A DNA stretch of 64,000 bases, taken from contig NC_088791.1 of NCBI RefSeq assembly GCF_011386835.1, forward strand, positions 325,872,001 to 325,936,000. The letters are read 5' to 3'. Below the pieces are notes generated by a model. It had not been told where the DNA came from. It searched no databases and saw only the letters and a list, made by a program, of their open reading frames with translations. Source of the DNA: Chrysemys picta bellii (taxonomy: Eukaryota). The translations under genes and the position numbers were made by a program. Positions 12,436 through 24,359 of the stretch are shown piece after piece. Each line of letters opens with the position of its first letter. Positions within the stretch are counted from its first letter, which is position 1.

Positions 12436-14111
12436 GCTTTTCTCATCAGATGGCACTTTTACTCAGTGAGCCAGTACAGCTCCAACCCCAGAAGGTTCCT
12501 GCTCCAGACTGTGAGGTTACATATGAATTGAAAATGGTTCGCAATCAGTTATAAGTGGCAGTTCTCTAGAAATTGAAAGTGGGGGAAGGGTGGAGCTTGC
12601 AAACATTGAGTCACAGAAATCAGTAAGGGGTCAAGAAGTTATGGGCACACTGAAATCCCAGGGAGAGGGCCGCTCTGGGAAGTTAGCCCAGTTCACATCC
12701 TTGTAGAGCATATTTTTAATCCTAGTTTATTGTCACAGTAGATTGTGATGGGCTGTTCTCTCACTGAGCTGGTCTCAGGGGAAAGGTGATCTTTAGACCT
12801 ATGGCAGGAGTTCTACTGTCTTGCTGCAGATTCTTGTGGCATTTGTGAGGACAAATGGCGAATACACATGGGCAATAACTACTCATCAGATATTTAGCAG
12901 CCATTTCACATTTTAAAAAAAGCAAAAGCAATTACAGCTAGCAGAGTGGTGTCCATAGTGCTACTTATAAGGTCTGGTTAAGGTCATATTTGACACTACC
13001 GTATGACTCAACCCACACAATAACATCTCCCAAAACACCCTGTTTCAACTCAGAACACAGCAAGCCTGATTTTCCTCTCACTTATGCTGGTGAGAATGAG
13101 GAGTAACCTGACTAAAATCAATGGAGCATCTCGGATGTAAAGCTACTGAACAAGCAGCAGCTCATCTGACCTGAACTGCAGCCACCTACAGGTTTGAGGC
13201 TATCCAGCTAGGTCAAAAGATTTAAAAATAATAATAAATAAATAAATAAAAAGCTAAGAGTCTTTGGCCTCCCAAAGTCCTGCTGCTTTGCCAATGAAGA
13301 TGCAACCCAAACTAACCCAGAATTTGAGTGTGCTTGAGCTAGACCTACATGGCTTTAATTTGCTCTTCACCAGTGGTTGTGTGCACAGAGGCTTCTGGCC
13401 TGGACAGTGAGAGTCAAGCCCTGGTTTCCTGTATAGTGGTGCAAAACACTAACCACAAAGTTGCTAGGCTGGCCCCAAGATCCGGTGCTTTTATTTTATT
13501 CACCTCTCTTCCCCCATAGTTGTACCTAGCCCAGCTAGAGCCATACATGCGAAGAAACTCTTGTTCCAGTCTTCTGAATTACAATATTCTCCGGCAACAA
13601 ACTGTCAGTTAAAGAAACAGTATTGTGAAGTACATTTAAATGTGGTATCTGTAATGTTTCTGCGGTAGCCCATACAAGAATGCAGGTGTCGCAAATCTTA
13701 ATGGATATCCAGGCCCACATTAAAGAATTTTGGGGGCCTTGTGAATTATGAAAGTTGTCCACCCCTTTCTTAAACTAGACACAGCATGTGATATACAAGA
13801 CAACTATCACCCTAGGCAAAACTTCAGCCTGCCACTCCCCACTCCCCTACTGCCCTCCTAGAAGAGGGAGTCTCAACTTTGTGGGGGAGCACGACAAGTC
13901 TTCTGATGGTTCAGTGGTTATGGTCGAAGTGAGGCAGGTCAAGCACTAGGTCACAGTGCCTCTCACTCAGGTTTGTCCCAGATACCCCTCTGTCATGATG
14001 GAAGGGCAGCTGGACTGAATCTGAGCAAGAGATGTTGTGACCTGGTGCATGGGGTTGCAACACCACTCAGCTTTTGAGTTGCTTTCCCCAGTGGTCAAAG
14101 GCCCCCCCCAC

Positions 14112-14430
14112 CGTAGGCGCTGAGTTTTATTTTTCCACAGTGATGTTCCACCCTGGCTCTGCCCCAAGAGCACACCTCCACCCCCGCTCTGCCCCAAGAT
14201 CCCACCCCCACTCCACCCCTTCCCCCGAGCCCTACCCCCGCTCTGCCCCCTCCCTGAGGCTCCACCCTCACTCTGTCTTTTCCCACCCCTGCTCCAACCC
14301 CTCCCCCAAGGTCCCCACTCACCCACCGCTCACTGCTCTCCACCCTCCCCCAGCCGCCAAACAGCTGATCACCCACTATTTTTTTCATGGGTGCTTGAGC
14401 TCTGGAGTACCCACAGAGTCCATGCCTATG
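14112..14430 (-). mobile_element. hAT-type MITE with C-rich interior
   Basis: TIRs cgtaggcgctgag and gagtccatgcctatg; flanks ccccccac/gtccccac; same family as 2395-2701. Confidence 0.65.
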
Positions 14431-14709
14431 GTCCCCACTGAAATGAGGGCCCTGTGCAGGTACACCGAGTGCACATAGTTAATCTGGGCCTATGGACACC
14501 CAGAAAGGGGTCAGACAATTAGCTATTTAAGCTATACAAATATTACATGTCACCAAATGCCTCTTCATTCTGCAGATCCCAAAGTGCTTCACCAACTCTG
14601 GATGAGATTCTGGGCAGGTGCCATTCCAGGACCCACCTTTGTGCCATCTAGATGCTGTACCACTCCAAGGGCTGAAACAGCCCTCAACATAAATTAGAAC
14701 AGCCCTAGG

Positions 14710-15360
14710 GGTGTGTTAATGTTCAGCTGCCTAGTGCATACCCTTTACACAGAGGCTTCTGAGGGGTCCAGCGTAGGCCTATGTTGTATCTGCACTGAGG
14801 GAAATTCTGCCACAGCCCCTTATGGTACAATTCTAGTCTGTGCACATGGTCTGTTGATGGGCAGGATCGAATCGGGGACCTCTGGAGCTTAGTGCATGAG
14901 CCACTACTGCAGGGATCGGCAACCTTTGGCACGCAGCTCGCCAGGGTCAGTTTGTTTACCTGCCGTGTCCACAAGTTCGGCCAATCGTGGCTCCCACTGG
15001 CCGCGGTTCGCTGTTCCAGGCCAACAGGGGTGGCGGGAAGCGGTGGCCAGCCCATCCCTCGGCCCGCGCTGCTTCCCACTGCCCCCATTGGCCTGGAGTG
15101 GCGAACCGCAGCCAGTGGGAGCTGCGATCGGCCAAACCTGCGGATGCGGCAGGTAAACAAACCGGCCCGGCCCGTCAGGGTGCTTACCCTGGTGAGCCAT
15201 GTGCCAAAGGTTGCCGATCCCTGCTCGACTGCGTGAGCTAAAAGCCAATTGCCTGTTAGCTAAGGCTGTAGAGCAGACTCATTAATTGCTCTCTCTTTAA
15301 GTGGTCTTGGTGCCACTAGATGGGACAGGACACCACACCCAGAAGATGTGTGGGTTACAC
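14710..15360 (-). mobile_element. Repeat with a tRNA-like head (A and B boxes), interrupted by a MITE
   Basis: Minus strand reads TAGCTCACGC (A-box-like, 15231-15240), then the insert, then GATTCGATCC (B-box-like, 14864-14873). Outer limits approximate. Confidence 0.55.
14910..15223. mobile_element. Palindromic hAT-Charlie-type MITE, copy 1
   Basis: TIR cagggatcggcaacctttggcac at both ends; flanks cactactg/ctcgactg; near-identical to 42004-42338 and 58077-58411. Confidence 0.9.
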
Positions 15361-15588
15361 ACAGCCTAGAGCAGGAGAAGAGAATCTGTTCCTCTGTATC
15401 TGCATATAGGCACATATATCATAAACATGCAGCACCACAGTGAAATACAGCTGGCTGGAAAATTTCAGCAGAAACATTTAAAAAACAAAATGAAAACAGA
15501 AGTGAGCCCCCCCCAATTTTCTGACCAGCTCCACATGAGTCTGGTAAACTGATGCACTCCCCTCTTCTAACAGGATGTACTGTGTCAC

Positions 15589-15696
15589 CATAGGTGCTGG
15601 ACCTAGGGGTAAGTGGTTTCCATCATATACTGGGTTTTACAGTTTGATTCAATGGCTCTCAGCACCCCCACTATTCAAATTGTTCCAGCACCTCTG
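15589..15696. mobile_element. Short hAT-type MITE
   Basis: Termini cataggtgctgg and ccagcacctctg. Confidence 0.5.
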
Positions 15697-15704
15697 AGTG
15701 GTAC

Positions 15705-16188
15705 TGTTATAAGGTCAGCCATCTCCTGCGCACTTCCCCACCCACCACAAGAGGCCATTCTGCAGCACCCTGCCTCTATTTCCCCTTCTTCAGAGCCCCT
15801 TAATAATTCAGTCCAAAAGTAACTAATTTTTCCCCTCCTGAGGTCAAATTTATTTAGTCTTTACACTAGCCCTCCAGGCCCAACCCCCACTCCCTAGCTC
15901 TCTCCCCTTGGGTAGGGGATTCTCAGCCTTTCTGATGAGAGCTGGGTCCCAGTTCACCAGTCACTCCCAGGCTTTACCTGGCTGCAGCTTAGCTTCCAGA
16001 CTCCCCCCGTATTAGGGTCATCCTGCATGATCCTTTCCTTGCTCCCTACCCCAACTTTCGCCCTTTATTGCTGCCTCCTGCTGGTCTTTATAGGGCAATC
16101 ACCTGATTCATCTCCCAGGTGTGTCTCCTTAGTAATCAGGGTTGGTGACCCAGGTCTTCCAGCCCTGAGCACCAGCCACCCTGTTACA
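15705..16188. mobile_element. Solo LTR, probably Gypsy-type
   Basis: TG..CA ends (tgttat...tgttaca); 5-bp flanks ggtac/ggcac. Confidence 0.6.
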
Positions 16189-16342
16189 GGCACCTTTTAA
16201 AGTCCATCTCTTAATATCCTGGTTGCCCTATTCCCACCAAACACCCTTGCCCTTGATTTGTAAGGTCTCATCTAACAGACCCCTCCCGCTAGGATTTCTC
16301 CTTGCCTGCGATTGCTGTGCTGTATGTCACATTGTCGAGAAA

Positions 16343-16560
16343 GGCAATACGGTCTAGTGGATTGAGCATGAGTGAGGGAGCACAGCATTCCTGGTATCTT
16401 ATTCCCAGTCTTACCACTGACTTGCTTTGGGCAATTCATGTGAGCCACTTTGTATCTCAGTTTTTCCATTTGTAAAATGGGGATAATAATTGCCTACCTA
16501 CCTCACAGGGCTGGTCTGGAGATTCATTCATTCATATTTGTAGAATAGTTTGGAAATATT
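16343..16560 (+). mobile_element. MIR-like SINE
   Basis: tRNA-like head (ggtctagtggattgagc) plus core ctcagtttttccatttgtaaaatggggataata. Confidence 0.65.
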
Positions 16561-17855
16561 AAGGGCCAGATTCTCATTGAAAATAAATCTCCTTAATGCT
16601 GCCAGTGCAGTGTTAGTGTCAATGAGATTCTGTCCCTTTGCACCAAATCTAATTATTGTACTTTAGCTTGTGGTTCTTGGGAACCTGGCTGTTCCAGATC
16701 AGACCACTTAATTATCTCCCTCTAGTCCCCTTACTGAGCACACACTTATATTTAGTTTCCCTGATTGTTAAATGCCAGAAACTAATTTCAGTTTAAATTA
16801 TCTTTAATATCACACATTTTATAAAAGGCTACAAAGCTCCCACGCTTCAGAATAGCAACTTGACATCCAGTTTCCATCTGTCTCCTATTAACAAAAACAA
16901 CCCAGATAATCTAAGGCTACCTGTTGAGCGGGATATGAAAAATTAACAGGAGATCATACAGTATAGACCACCAACCAGATCCAGTCAATAGTCAGCCCAG
17001 TGCTACAGATCTTACTCAATGTGAAGTTTAAAGAAAGAGCAGCTGAAAATGAGGAGACAGAATTAATGTACAAAGGGAATGCCGATCTAATGAAACTCCA
17101 CTTATCGATAAATCCCATATTGTCTCAGTGCATTGCCATGTGCAAACAGAAAATTCCATTTACAGTGACTCTCTGGTTATAGGGTCAAAGCTCAGGCCAA
17201 GGAACCTGGGGGAGACATGCTTGGGGTGGCTTGGATGAGTCATCCTTGCCCTATGCTGCTCCACTGAGGTTACTCAAAGTCCTGAACTGAAGTAGACCTT
17301 TGCACTCCTAATAGCCACGCAGTGGAGGTGGTAGGAGGATGCCCACTGACCCGTCTGATGTAGACGCATAAAGCTATAAGGCTGGAAGGGACCTTGAGAA
17401 GTCATCTAGTCCAGCCCTCATATCCACTCACCCTGGCTCTGTGTTGCCCTGGCATCGTGCATCCCTTGCATGATGATAGCACAGTAGTTCTGCCTCTTGG
17501 GCAGTGGGGAAGGCTCCGCAGCTGAAGAGGTGGGGGCTGGATTTGACCCAGAGTGAAGCTCTATAGGGGAAAAAAAGACAGGAGCCACACCCCAATCTTT
17601 CTCATAACAATCTCCAGAGCCCATTTTCCTGTTTACATGGTATCGGATAGTCATTACTGCCTCTCTTATTAACAAACAGCTTGGTTTCAGTGAGCTGAAC
17701 CGGCATCGGTGAGCTTTGAGTGAAGTTCCCCACACGTAATTAACTAACAGAAAAACAAGGACTCCCCACCTCTGCTTTGCACTTTGAACCCCAGTATACT
17801 CAAAGAGATGGACTGAGTTTGCTGGGGTGAACAGCAGATCTCTAGGGAAGGTCTC

Positions 17856-17978
17856 TAGGGTTGCCAATTTTGGTTGGACATATTTCTGGAAATTTAATCA
17901 CAGGACTTAATCTTTAATTAAAGATAAATCTTTAATTCCTGGAGACTCCAGGCCAATCCTGGAGGGTTGGCAACCATA
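17856..17978. mobile_element. hAT MITE (TAGGGTTGCCA termini)
   Basis: TIRs tagggttgcca and tggcaaccata; perfect 8-bp TSD aaggtctc at 17848-17855 and 17979-17986. Confidence 0.85.
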
Positions 17979-17999
17979 AAGGTCTCAGAGAAGGCAGGC

Positions 18000-18450
18000 T
18001 GCTCCTTGGCTGAAAGCTGAGGCTGCCTGTCTGCAGAATGACTGGGAGGGTTTGCAGACACACAGCGAGTTCTTTATGTTAGGACGATCACACGCAATTT
18101 TTGTCCTTGCAGAATTCCACTCTGTGTAATTATCCTTTTGATCATGTTCAACATGAAAAGAGAAGCAACTGTGTGTGAATCATGGCCTTGTTCCGCGGTG
18201 AATTAACAGTTTGGACAGGGTACGGAGGCAGGGAGAACTGCCGGGCTGAGGGATGGGTCCATGACGAGTTCCTCATTTTCAAATGTGTAAATATTTCAGG
18301 AAACCGTGCTGCTGTCAGGACAAGCGGGAACGTCCCGGAACTGCTTTCGTGGTCGTTAGCAAAGTGGAAGTCCCGTGTAGTGTTTGCTTTAGGCCTAGGC
18401 AGCTGCACGGGGCCCCAGCACTTCAAAGGCCTCTTACAGCACTCATCCCA
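18000..18450. promoter_or_regulatory. Candidate enhancer or alternative promoter
   Basis: Unique-looking and CpG-retaining; kappaB-like gggaacgtccc (18326-18336) and ggaagtccc (18366-18374). Confidence 0.3.
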
Positions 18451-20669
18451 GAGCACCACCCCTGATTTCCTAACCACAGTCTCCTCTGACTTGGGGCCTG
18501 GTTCTTCTCTCCTTTCACTTTTATTAAGGTGCGCTGCTCTAACTTCACTGGATGTACACCACTGAGAGGGTGAGGAGAATAAAGCCCTTTGGTTTCAGTG
18601 AGACACCGAAGAAACTGAAATGCTTTATCTCCACCCTTCCTTTTTGGAACGATGCACTTCAGCTCCATCTCCTGCTTCTTCCTTTGTTTGAGGGAAGTGG
18701 GTCTTTCCAAAAAGGAAGGGTGGGGATAAAGTGGGTCTGTAGATAGTGGGAACGTGGAGGTGGGGGACCTGATCATGGGAACGGAAGAAGGTGCCCCCCG
18801 CCCCCCCCAGAGTCTCATTGGTAGGGCTTGAAAACCTGAGAGCCGATCCTGAGTCTTACTTTGGGAAAACAGCTGCACCAAACTACTGGGTTTTGCCTTG
18901 TGGGTGTTAGTAGGATTAAGGAGAGGTTTTTCTTCCCTTCAGCTTTTTCCTCCCTCAAATACAGGTCTGAACCTAAGCCCCAAATCTGAACACCCAGAAC
19001 GCTAGAAAAGTTTGGATCTGGCTCAGAACTTTGAACCTGGCCCCTCTCCTTATGGTGTGCTGAACCAATCCCCCAGATCTGGAACTCTTCTGCCTTGAAC
19101 TGAGGAAACATTCACAGCTGGCTCTCACAGGAGCTCTTGAAAATACATTGCAAATTGCATTTTAAAAGGAGTAAGAGGCAGGTTCTTGCCTGCAGCCCTT
19201 ACTTCTTTTTAGGTTGCAACTGCCTGATCTCAAGTTTCCTGGCCTTGGCGCAAGTTAGAGCTGCAAAGGAGAAACTCCAACTAATGGCACTGTCCTCGGG
19301 TCCCCCAGGGCCTGCCTGCCATGAGGTGCCTCCAATGTACCCCCTTCCTCCCCTTATGCTGTGGGTTAGGATGGTATCTGGTGCAGACAGTAGCTGTGCT
19401 GGCAGAGTTCCCTTAAACAGAAAGAATTTTCTACCGGCCATCTCTTAAATCCACTTTGTGCAGTGGATTAGAGAGTACAACTGGAGATTCCCTCGAGGTT
19501 TTAGGAATATTTGCTATTTGTGGGTTTCACAGATCTTACAAACACTGTCTAAGGCAATTTAAGAGGCAAAGGAGACTGTTGCCCTCTAGGGCCCTGTCTT
19601 GAACCTGCCACAACTTACTATGAGTCTATTCATGTGTATACAGTTAAACACATGCTAGGTCTTTACAGAATCAGGGCCTTACTGCCCGGTCCTGCTCCCA
19701 CTGAAGCCAATGACAAATTTCCATTGACGTCACTGGGAGCAGAGTTGGGCCCTAAATCTAAGTGTGCGTACACCAGCAACAACTGCAAAAGCCTTCTGTG
19801 ATAACTAACGGAGAGGTCAGTAATATTTTCTGCCATCTAGTTTGTTTTAAGATTGTACATACATATAGCTACGTGCGAGATGAAAAGTCTCCGTGCAATT
19901 CCAGCTGAATGCCCAGTCAAACAAGTTTGATTAAGCTAGAGTGCAAGTTGTGAAAACAAACAAATTACTGGAGAACAGCAAAAACTTAAAGGGCCTGATT
20001 CACCATGGAGTTACTCCAGTTTTACACCGGTGTAACTCCATTTGCTTCACTGGAGTTACACTGGCCAAAAACAGTAGATCAGTGCTGAATGAGGCCTGAA
20101 GTGAGCTACTCTTTAAAAGAGCAATTGCACTTCAAAAAACACCCCACACATTGGAAAGCCAGTTTCTATTGTCATGTTAGCTTTCGGACACTCGCAAGAA
20201 GTGTCCTCTAGACTCACTCCTTTTGAGACATGATGCATTAGGAATTTGCCACTCCAGCAAATTGACTACTTTTTTCAAACACCCAAATCTCAGAATCAGC
20301 TGGGCCAATTCATGTCAAATTTTGGCAAGTGATTCTTCTTGACCTTGCTCCCTCGTGCCTTTTTCTGAGCCTTTTAAAAAGAGGTCAAACATCCGGTATA
20401 CATTGCGAATGACACTGTAACCCTAACTATCACGAGGCTGCTGTTTCTCCCTAACGTAGCCTTCTTCTCTTCCAGCCCTAAACCTTCCCAGTGTTATAGC
20501 TGTCTCTCTTGGGATTGTCTGTCGAACCCATCATGGTATTATTTAGTCACTGTTATGCTCTGTTAAACAGCTCCATTTTTCAGCCCAGAGCTGACTACAG
20601 TTTGATGGTGGATGAAGTAATACCACTATATATTTTGTATAGTGGGTCACTAAGCTGGAAAAGCGGTAA

Positions 20670-20815
20670 GGGATCCTTTAGGTACAAGTCACTTCACAGC
20701 GCCGTGCCTCAGTTTCCCCATCTGTAAAATGGGGGTAATGATACTGACTTCCTTAGTAAAGTGCTTTGAGATCTCCTGATGAAAAGTGCTATATAAGAGC
20801 TGGGCATTATATTAA
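20670..20815 (+). mobile_element. MIR-like SINE core and tail
   Basis: gtgcctcagtttccccatctgtaaaatggggg...gtgctttgagatc; runs into a (TTA)n tract at about 20811-20850. Confidence 0.7.
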
Positions 20816-21163
20816 TTTATTATTAATGATTATTATTATTATTATTATTATGTACCAATTCTTTAAAAAAATATTTAATTCAAAGAATGTATTTTGACGT
20901 TTCACTGGAATGATGTAATTTTGTTAGATGCCTGGGAGGAAATATGGAACCACCTGAAAGTGCAAAACGTGTAGATAGAAAACGTTTTGATTCCACCTTT
21001 GCTAGAAAATGGCGCACACAACATTTAAGGACAGCAGGGGGCGGGGTCAGACAGCTGAGGCCCATCACTTGCATAAATAAATAAATAGCGTAGGCCAGGA
21101 AATCGGGAGACTAGTGAAAGAGGCTTAATTGCATTATCAGTTACTGTAAATGGAATATATATA

Positions 21164-21350
21164 CATCTCTACCCCGATATAACGCAACCCGATATAACAC
21201 GAATTCGGATATAACACGGTAAAGCAGCGCTCCGGGGGGGCGGGGCTGTGCACTCGGGTGGATCAAAGCAAGTTCGACATAATGCGGTTTACCTATAACG
21301 CGGTAAGATTTTTTGGCTCCCGAGGACAGCGTTATATCGGGGTAGAGGTG
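21164..21350. mobile_element. Tc1/mariner (Tigger/pogo-like) MITE
   Basis: Near-perfect TIRs catctctaccccgatataacgc and gcgttatatcggggtagaggtg, with TA on both sides. Confidence 0.85.
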
Positions 21351-21384
21351 TATATATAAAGGATGTGTTTAGCTTTTCTCACAG

Positions 21385-21710
21385 ACTGAACATCTGGGCC
21401 TTCTGATTTGGGCTCAGCTGCGCCGCGCCACTCGAGGGCTGATGACAAAGGACCGGTGACACTTCTGCTAGCTCGGCCCAGCAGCCGTTTCGCAGTCCTG
21501 AGGGGCTCAACTTTGAGCAACACCTCCTGCTTCCCTCTGTGGCCTTCTGTGCTGGATTTATGTTTGGCTAGCGTGGGCCTCCTCCAGCAGGAAGTGGCTG
21601 CCATTTAAGGCGTGGAAGTGATTCTTGGCACAGCTGCCAGCGAAACAGCCCAAACACTTGTTCCTGATTGGCCGAAAGGCGAAGGGCCGTTTAAGCTTGT
21701 GAATGTGTGA
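21385..21710 (+). promoter_or_regulatory. Promoter-like block or candidate first non-coding exon
   Basis: CpG-retaining unique sequence; ETS caggaagt at 21588; inverted CCAAT (ctgattggcc 21664-21673); possible acceptor ttttctcacag ending at 21384 and donor GTGAGC at 21707. Confidence 0.45.
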
Positions 21711-21920
21711 GCCGTTTCAAAAATGTCTTCTTTTGTCAGTCTGAGATTTCCCAGAATTTAGAAGCGGAAAGAAAGAGAAGGGTACAAGGAAGCTATTAAA
21801 GATATATAAAATAAACTTGAACGGGGAAAGCCTGTTTCATTGAGAAACTGTCTGCTGTATTCAAGGGAAGTATTGGTGAATGCTTATTATTTTAATAAAG
21901 ACTTTTTCTGTCGTGAACAG

Positions 21921-22109
21921 GAGAAGCAGATGTTTAAAAGACGGACAGGAAGTGGCTGTGACAAATGAAAGGATTTTTGATTGAATTCATGAGCTGTGCT
22001 TCCTGCCAGTAATTCATTCAACTCTAGGCTACATAAAACACATAGTATTATGGTTTAATCAGCTCATTTTTTAACATGAAGCCAGAACATACAATTCTTG
22101 GTGCTACAG
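21921..22109 (+). other. Candidate exon A (5'UTR plus ATG at 22076: MKPEHTILGAT, phase 1)
   Basis: Acceptor tttttctgtcgtgaacag ending at 21920; donor ACAG|GTAAAA at 22110. Confidence 0.45.
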
Positions 22110-24093
22110 GTAAAAAAATCGTTAGTATTGTCAGCTGGCGTTTGAGCTCATGATTCATTTTTTTATTTAATCAGATAGTCTGTCCGTGAGCAAACACCTG
22201 AGAACTTCCTAGAGCAATGTTTTGGGAGTTTGTTTAAGCAGGTGTAGAAAGGACTTAGCACTTTCTGAGCTTGGCAAATGGAAACATGTTGTTTAAAGGT
22301 GCAACACGACTCTCTGAATTCAACTGCCATTAAAGTCAGCGAAAGACTTAAAAACCAAACTGGCACAAGGATTTTTCTTCTAGCACGATTCTGCTGAAAA
22401 GGAGGTTTTTTGTGTGTCTGATGATTAGGGTGTTTTCTGCCTCTATTCCTTTCTCCTTAATGAATTCTGTTTGCTTACTGCCTCAAGGAAAGCTTGTCAC
22501 TAGAAATTTCCTTTCGAATTTTCAGCTTGAGGATTTCACAACAGCAGAACCATTGCAACATTGCGATAAACAAGCCTACGGAAGAGTCTCTGGGGAATTG
22601 AAGCTTTGCTTTTTCACAATTTAGTTAAGTAAATAGTTACAGAATGTGTCAGGAGATGGAGAACGTGGGCCATCCATAAAAGTATTATGAAAAGTTGATT
22701 TTGGAACGGTTATTACACTGAACAGCCGACGTTTGCTTCTTCTGCATAATGGGTCAGGTCTTTGGATCTGGCTCACAGCACAGTCGGGGTGACAAAAAGT
22801 TCACTCTCGCAGTCCTGAGGTTACTGGGTGCAGGGCCGTCCCCAAGCATAAGACAGAGCAGACTGATGCCTGGAAACAACCGCAGGGGATTAGGGCAGCA
22901 TTTAGGCAACCTAACTCCATCCCCTTTCCTCTGGCCACACCCAGACACCGGCAGAAGGGAGTGCAGTGATGAAGAAGCTTCTATACCAGATCTGCACCTC
23001 CAGAGGGGCATTACAATGGTTTGATCCTCCTGGGGCCAGATTAACTGGCTCTGTGGTCAAAAGGCACTGGCGCTGAGGTACTAAGGAACCGCGCTGCAGC
23101 AACCGCGAACTTGCCCAATGACATTTGTGGAAAACAACAGCAATGCAGCCACCTGTTTCTTTTTAGCCACTGGATTCTATTGGAGAGATTGGCAGTGTAA
23201 TCTAGTGGCTAGGACGGAGGTCTGCTGTATTGATCTTGCAAAGTGCTGCGGGCCCTGCCATTTACCTGTGAATTGAGAGTGCTGAGCATCTCGTGAGAGA
23301 CATTCAGCACCTTGCAGGATCGAGCCCTAGGAGAAAGGACTCTGCCACCAAGTCACTGTGTAAACTGGAGAACCTCTCTTTGCTTCCGTTTAGCAAAGGG
23401 TATATAAATAAATCCTGCATCATAGGGGCATTAGGGGGCTTAATAAATGGATGCTTCCAAAGCGCTTTGAGATCCTCCCATGAAAGGCACTTAGTTAGGT
23501 GTGAGGCATTATTCTTGATACTAGGGAACACATCAGTTCTCCATGAGAATCAGGCGCCTCCCTCATATAGGGGGTACACACCTCATGCTGCATGGCATGT
23601 TTAAAGAACTGATACAGGAGGCCAGAATCACCAAAGGGACAGTGGTAATGGGACAAACTGTATCCTTGCTCTGCTCCAGAGTGCTAGCGACGGGGTGGGG
23701 CAGAGGTGTGCCGAGGCACTCCTCAGGGAGCATGCTGCTTAGCACGACTTACAGCTGATTTTGAAAGAAGCAGCGTATGTTCCTCAGAGTGCCTGCCAGC
23801 TGCAAAGGACCTGGGGCTTGGTGTCACAGGGCGGGGTTCCCTCACCCTTAATTCCTTACTGCAAACAGTCCTCACACACTGCTGCATTGGTTCATCAACG
23901 CCTGCTTTATTTACAATGTGCTAGTCAAGTCCTTGTTCCCCCACAACATAGGGCTTTTACCTTCTCCCCAGGCACAGAGCAAGTGGAGTGGGGAGGAGAG
24001 GGTCTGAGCTCCTGGGCTTCTCTGCCCCTTCCTTCTGGCCTTCCTCTCCTCAGTTTGGCCCATGGAGGGACACTTGCAAAGAGTGATGAGTTA

Positions 24094-24347
24094 GGGCTTC
24101 TCTACACTGGAACGCAGGCTACAGCGATACAGTTACAGCTCTGCAGTGTAGACACTACTTACGCCGACCGGAGGGGTTCTCCCATTGCTGTAGGGAATCC
24201 ACCTTCCTGAGAGGCGGTAGCTAAGTTGACCTAGCACTATCTACACCAGGGGTCAGATCGGCTTAACTACGTCTCTCAGGAGTGTGGATTTTTCACACCC
24301 CTGAACAACGTAGCTGGGTCAATCTGACCTTGTAGTGTCGACCAGCC
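24094..24347. mobile_element. PIF/Harbinger-type MITE
   Basis: Termini gggcttctctacact and agtgtcgaccagcc; TSD TTA on both sides. Confidence 0.75.
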
Positions 24348-24359
24348 TTAGGCTACTCA

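Noticed and set aside
14723-15248. Recurrent ORFs (also 41938-42353 and 57867-58448) with similar peptides on both strands
   Set aside because: They are translations of one palindromic non-coding MITE family, not a gene family.
18113-18219. Possible 107-nt exon (tttttgtccttgcag acceptor, GTACGG donor)
   Set aside because: The donor is weak and nothing else supports it; kept only as part of a candidate regulatory block.
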